From NCBI RefSeq assembly GCF_963506605.1, contig NC_083284.1, positions 50,530,001-50,594,000 on the forward strand: a DNA stretch of 64,000 nucleotides, read 5' to 3'. The translations under genes and the position numbers were made by a program. The notes under the pieces are model-generated. The model ran no database searches. It was not told where the DNA came from and saw only the letters and a list, made by a program, of their open reading frames with translations. Source of the DNA: Zootoca vivipara (lineage: Eukaryota). Positions 59,602 to 64,000 of this stretch are shown one piece after another. Each line of letters starts with the position of its first letter. Position 1 is the first letter of the stretch.

Positions 59602-62600
59602 CTATGGAATTTTCCTCTTACTGCTCTGAGAGCTTTTTTGCTTGCACTTCTGCAAACATTTGCAGAACACCAGAGTTGGTTATTTGCCTTCTGCTCTCTG
59701 CATCCAATACTTTCTGCTTCTGAATTACTAGTATCATGCTAGTGTATCAAATCCATTATCTCTTTGCGTAGAAGTGCTCGATAAGCACAATCACTCTGAA
59801 CAAAGAAGAATACAATAGCCTTTTAAATCCAAATATATCTGAAAAGAGGAAGAGGCCACTTATCTGTGTGTCTTACTCTGTGGCTTGTTGCTATTGCAGC
59901 TCTGGCATATTAACACAGCCCTGCCTGAAGGATAACACTGCTGTGCAATCAGTACTTTAGAGCTTTCAGCCCCCTAAACCCCTGCAGCTCAATGCTTTGT
60001 AAAAATCGTATTCTTAAAAATACTTCTCCAACAGCTGCCCATGGGCAGTGTCCCAGCAGTGCCTAATAGGCTACCTGTTATAGTAAAAATAGCTCTTCTA
60101 GCTGATATAGCAAGATTAAACAGAGTTTCTCGCAGAGGGGAGTGTGCGTATCTGTGTGACTGCATTCATACTCTTTCTCCCTGCTGCACATACCGGTGTG
60201 GCACAGTTTAAGACAGTACTTATTCCTTGACAGCTTTGTGGAGCAAAGGAAACAACCATACTGCATTTATAGTTGATTCCTCAGATGTTGAGTAATCTAG
60301 TTTTTGCACTGATTCTTTGATCTGCCCATTATGAATGGCAAAGACAGAATGTAGCATTTCCTATAAATTAAAGATTACAATTTAAAATGTCAATGCTCTT
60401 CCAATTAATACCGTAGCTTGTAGCCTAGCCTTCTTTGAAAGGACTGAATTTGAGGACAAGATCCTTTTGATTGTTATGTTCAATTAACAAGCATGTCAGA
60501 GATTTGTTTAGTTCAGCAACTGCTTTGGAAATCACATAAACAAAAATGGGTGTTATGCAAAGTAAAAGATGAGCTCTGAATAGTTGATATTATAAATTTA
60601 GGTAATTTGTCTTAAACATCCTCACTGTCGTTCTCTGGCAGAATCCTATTTCTAACACTTTAGAGAATAATAAAATTGACAAGTCCATATCTCTCTCTCG
60701 TTTATTTTGGAAAGCAGTAAGGAGTGACTGTTCATCTTCATAGTTTTCTCTATCATATGCTCATCTTTGTGGCCGTAATTTATTTATTGTGCCCTAAGCA
60801 GATGGGAGTTTAAGATTTTTAACAGCTCTAGTATATTGAAAGAGGAGGAATACAAATCCTGTTTTCCTCCTTGTCAAGAAGGAGACATAAAATAGAAAAT
60901 GTCATTCTAAGTATGTGAAGGAGGGGTGGGAGAAGACAGATCATATATTGGGCCTGTCAAATATGACAGGCACTCTTTAAGCTGTATATGACAAATGAGT
61001 ACATGTAAAGTTTCTCTCTTCGCTTTTTGGCTGCTCTTTATTTACTATGGACCGTTTTAATTACTCTACAGGGCTATGCATGTATGCCAACTGTTGGGAG
61101 AAACATTTGTTTTACAGTACTAGATTGATCAATGTATTTGTGTGTAGAGTAAATAGTCTTAAGTATGTACTACTGTAATTTGATATGGACGGATTTTATT
61201 GATACATGACCCAACACATGCACGTGTGCATACGTGTAGGCGCACACATACTTTATTTCAGCAGGGAGTCAGCAGGAGGGTTGTTAAGGAAGCAGAATGC
61301 ATAAACTTACCTATCTGTTCATGGGTAATTGATGTGGATTTCCTAGGACTGTATCCATTTTCTCAAGTTGTGCTTCTAGTCTTATGATTCTATAAACATG
61401 GTAATAGAATTATGATTACATGTATACTCCTAAATAATGTTCTTGTGGTACAGATGTTGCCCCTTCTTTTCCTTTGCTCTTTTGGAAATCCTACTGTTCT
61501 GTGCAACCAGTCTGATTTTTGTCTCTCAGTTATATTGTTGGATGGCGGATGTTGTGTTGTTTTTATTATATTTTTATTACAAAATCACTCTAGTAGGATC
61601 ACGAGCAGTTTAGATTTTAAATAAATAAATTGGTATTCTAGTTAGATTTGTGTGGGTTTGGTAGACTGATGAGCATTGTTTGTAAGTTGGCTTTATAGTT
61701 AATTAAGGCATTTTATATTCAGCTGCCTGTTTTCAGTCTATCTCTTTTTCTTCCCAATATTACTGGATACAGAGCTAATAAAAATTCCGGGTTGCATAGG
61801 CATTTGGTGACTTTGATGTATAAGATTTATTTGGGGCTAAAAATCTTCACTTTTTGTGCACTGTGAAATCAGTTGGCATAAGTCTATTACAACTGGTTGG
61901 AATTGGATACCGTTTGTACTTTTGTAGGGAGATAAAATGAAATGTTCTGATATTCCTATACAATGTGCAACGTCGCATACTTATTTCTGCTAAAGGTTTT
62001 ATTCTGGGATGAGTTGGCAGGAAGAAAACTATGTTACATAGAGCACTTAAAATAGATATTGAACAGATTAAATGCATTTCTTGAAAAGTCTGTGTTTTTG
62101 CCTTTGTTATTTTCAGAATTACTTATTTTGTAATAGATCTACAAACCTAATCTGTTCTGTACCTATTGTAAAAATTCCCTCTTGTACCCTATTCACATGC
62201 CTCCCAAGGCCAGTGTGGCCCTGACTGTTCACATTCACTCATAATGTTGAATCATGGCGTAGCCCCACATGAATAAAAAAAACACCTACAAAACAGATTT
62301 GTACAGACCAAACCTAACTGTAGAAAGCTGGTGTAGATTACATCAGCATAAGGTACACTGGTGTAGGTTCCCCCTATTCAAAACTCCATTCAGGAGGAAT
62401 TTGACTTACAACTCACTTTGCCCCATGCTGCTCCCAGAATCCTTGTGTGGGGAACTGACGTCAGCATATCGCAGACTCAGCCAGGGTGTGGGACTTACTT
62501 TGACATAGTCCTGTCCCAGCCAGGAAACCTGAAGATCTACTAAATCTGAACACTGTCATGCTGAGTTTGGTCATGCTCTTAGGCGGTAGTCCTATGTACA

Positions 62601-64000
62601 TATATCCCCCCAGTTCTGCACATACATTTTTGTTGCAAGGCAAGTAGACTTCATCCGCTCATTAGTAAAACTCCTGTCATTGCCATAAATAATTCTGAGC
62701 TCAAATCCAAACTTGCTTTTTTATCTTTTAAAAGTAGTATGTACAAAATTGCTTCTCTGGCCATTTGAAATAGAATGTTATCAGTGGATTTGATGAAGTC
62801 TGGCTTTCAAACTTTTATAATAGTTTTAAATCTTCATACAAACCCTTGAACTTGTTTCTACAGTTGTGTGCAATTCCAAATATCTCATTATCAATTTGCT
62901 AATATAGTGTGTTTGCTGCTTTCACAGCTCTCAGTGAATATTTTATGTTTGAACGATGATACTTAGTAAGCAGTGTGCCACACTGCAAGCATTGTCAAGA
63001 TTCAAATAGTTCACTTTTCTTTTAATTCTGGGAATTAAGCTGACTTTTGTTCCTCATTTATAAGTCAGTGCAGTCTTTCAGAAATGATGCACCATGTTTG
63101 ATCCCCTTGCCCTGCCCACTATTCGTTGAATTTTTGTATTAACAGACATTTCTCATTTTATATGCTCCTGATTATGGAACATAAAGTTAATTAAATATTA
63201 TATATCTGGCCTGTTCTTTATTTTATCTATAGATAAATGATACTTGAAGTTTCTGGTATCATCAGTGTTCATGATGTTCATTGGAACTAAGTCCCGGATG
63301 ATTATCTGAACAGTGTATGCTTTCACTTCCGCAAGACCTCAAAGTATTTGGGTCACTGCACAATGAAATACTTTTTAGGTTGAACATATCCCATAAGACA
63401 CTCTAGAAAAGAACTGGCAACCAAATAGCAAAGTGAAAATGTAAACCTCGGAGTTTTATATCTTTAAAAGGATTTCCCAAAGAACAAAAATAAGAATGCA
63501 TTAGCTATGATCAACTTTAACTGCTTTGTTTTAGATTACCGTACTTTTGACCTCCTTGAATGCATCTGCTAGGCATATATCAAAATAAATAAATACTGTT
63601 CCTATTATAAAAGCTGATCAATAAAAAATAAGCTGTTTTTGCAGGAAACTTATTAATATGTTACATGACTAGAGATACCTATTCCTATTAAAAGAGATGT
63701 GTATTGTAATTAAAGTATTCCTGTTTGTATCCCGTTTGCTATCAGATTTTCTTGGTTTCTGTTGATTTGAGTCTAGAGAAGAATTTTCTGGGGACTGTTT
63801 GCTTTCTGCTCTCTAAAACCACACAAGCTGCTATTCTCGTGCGGTTATGCTCTTGCCTTCTTAGCATTTAACGATATGCTACAAACTTCCATAATCTGAT
63901 GTAACCAAGGTGTAGCAAAACACTACGATTTGTTGGTAGTTCGGACCTAATATGCTTAACCTTTGTCTTAATTCTACATATCTAGAATGAAGCATTTGTC

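Noticed and set aside
1-64000. CRISPR arrays, rRNA, prokaryotic operons, or a named host gene
   Set aside because: No regularly spaced repeat-spacer array or rRNA motifs; the sequence is vertebrate, and no coding exon was recognisable enough to assign a gene symbol.

Overview
A 64-kb vertebrate window, almost certainly from a squamate and probably a lacertid lizard, judged from the Sauria SINE, BovB, Squam3-like SINEs and hAT MITEs. It looks largely intronic or intergenic and has no recognisable host protein-coding exon. A CpG-island promoter with a probable non-coding first exon lies at about 25.3-26.0 kb on the + strand, and there are a few candidate small exons. Two young retroelements dominate. 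(1) A 5'-truncated BovB/RTE LINE with an uninterrupted 954-aa endonuclease+RT ORF (14379-17243). (2) A full-length Tf1/sushi-type Ty3/Gypsy chromovirus (37033-42844) with 428-bp LTRs differing at one base and a GCTTA TSD, nested in a GC-rich fold-back Tc1/mariner-superfamily (Tc2/pogo-like) non-autonomous element. The Gypsy element shows an 11-nt self-priming PBS and a PEG10-like GGGAAAC -1 frameshift signal with a pseudoknot, and carries three small inactivating lesions. Its most interesting part is the integrase C-terminus: a cage-less chromodomain, then two tandem 'IF-linker-FxGF' motifs resembling LEDGF/TFIIS-N-domain interaction motifs, then a basic tail encoded inside the 3' LTR. Also present are many hAT/Harbinger/Tigger MITEs with TSDs, Penelope-like termini carrying minimal hammerhead ribozyme motifs, a Sauria SINE containing a 79-bp locally templated insertion, old RTE/L2/L1 fragments, microsatellites and two assembly gaps. 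Family names come from remembered consensus features, not from a database search.
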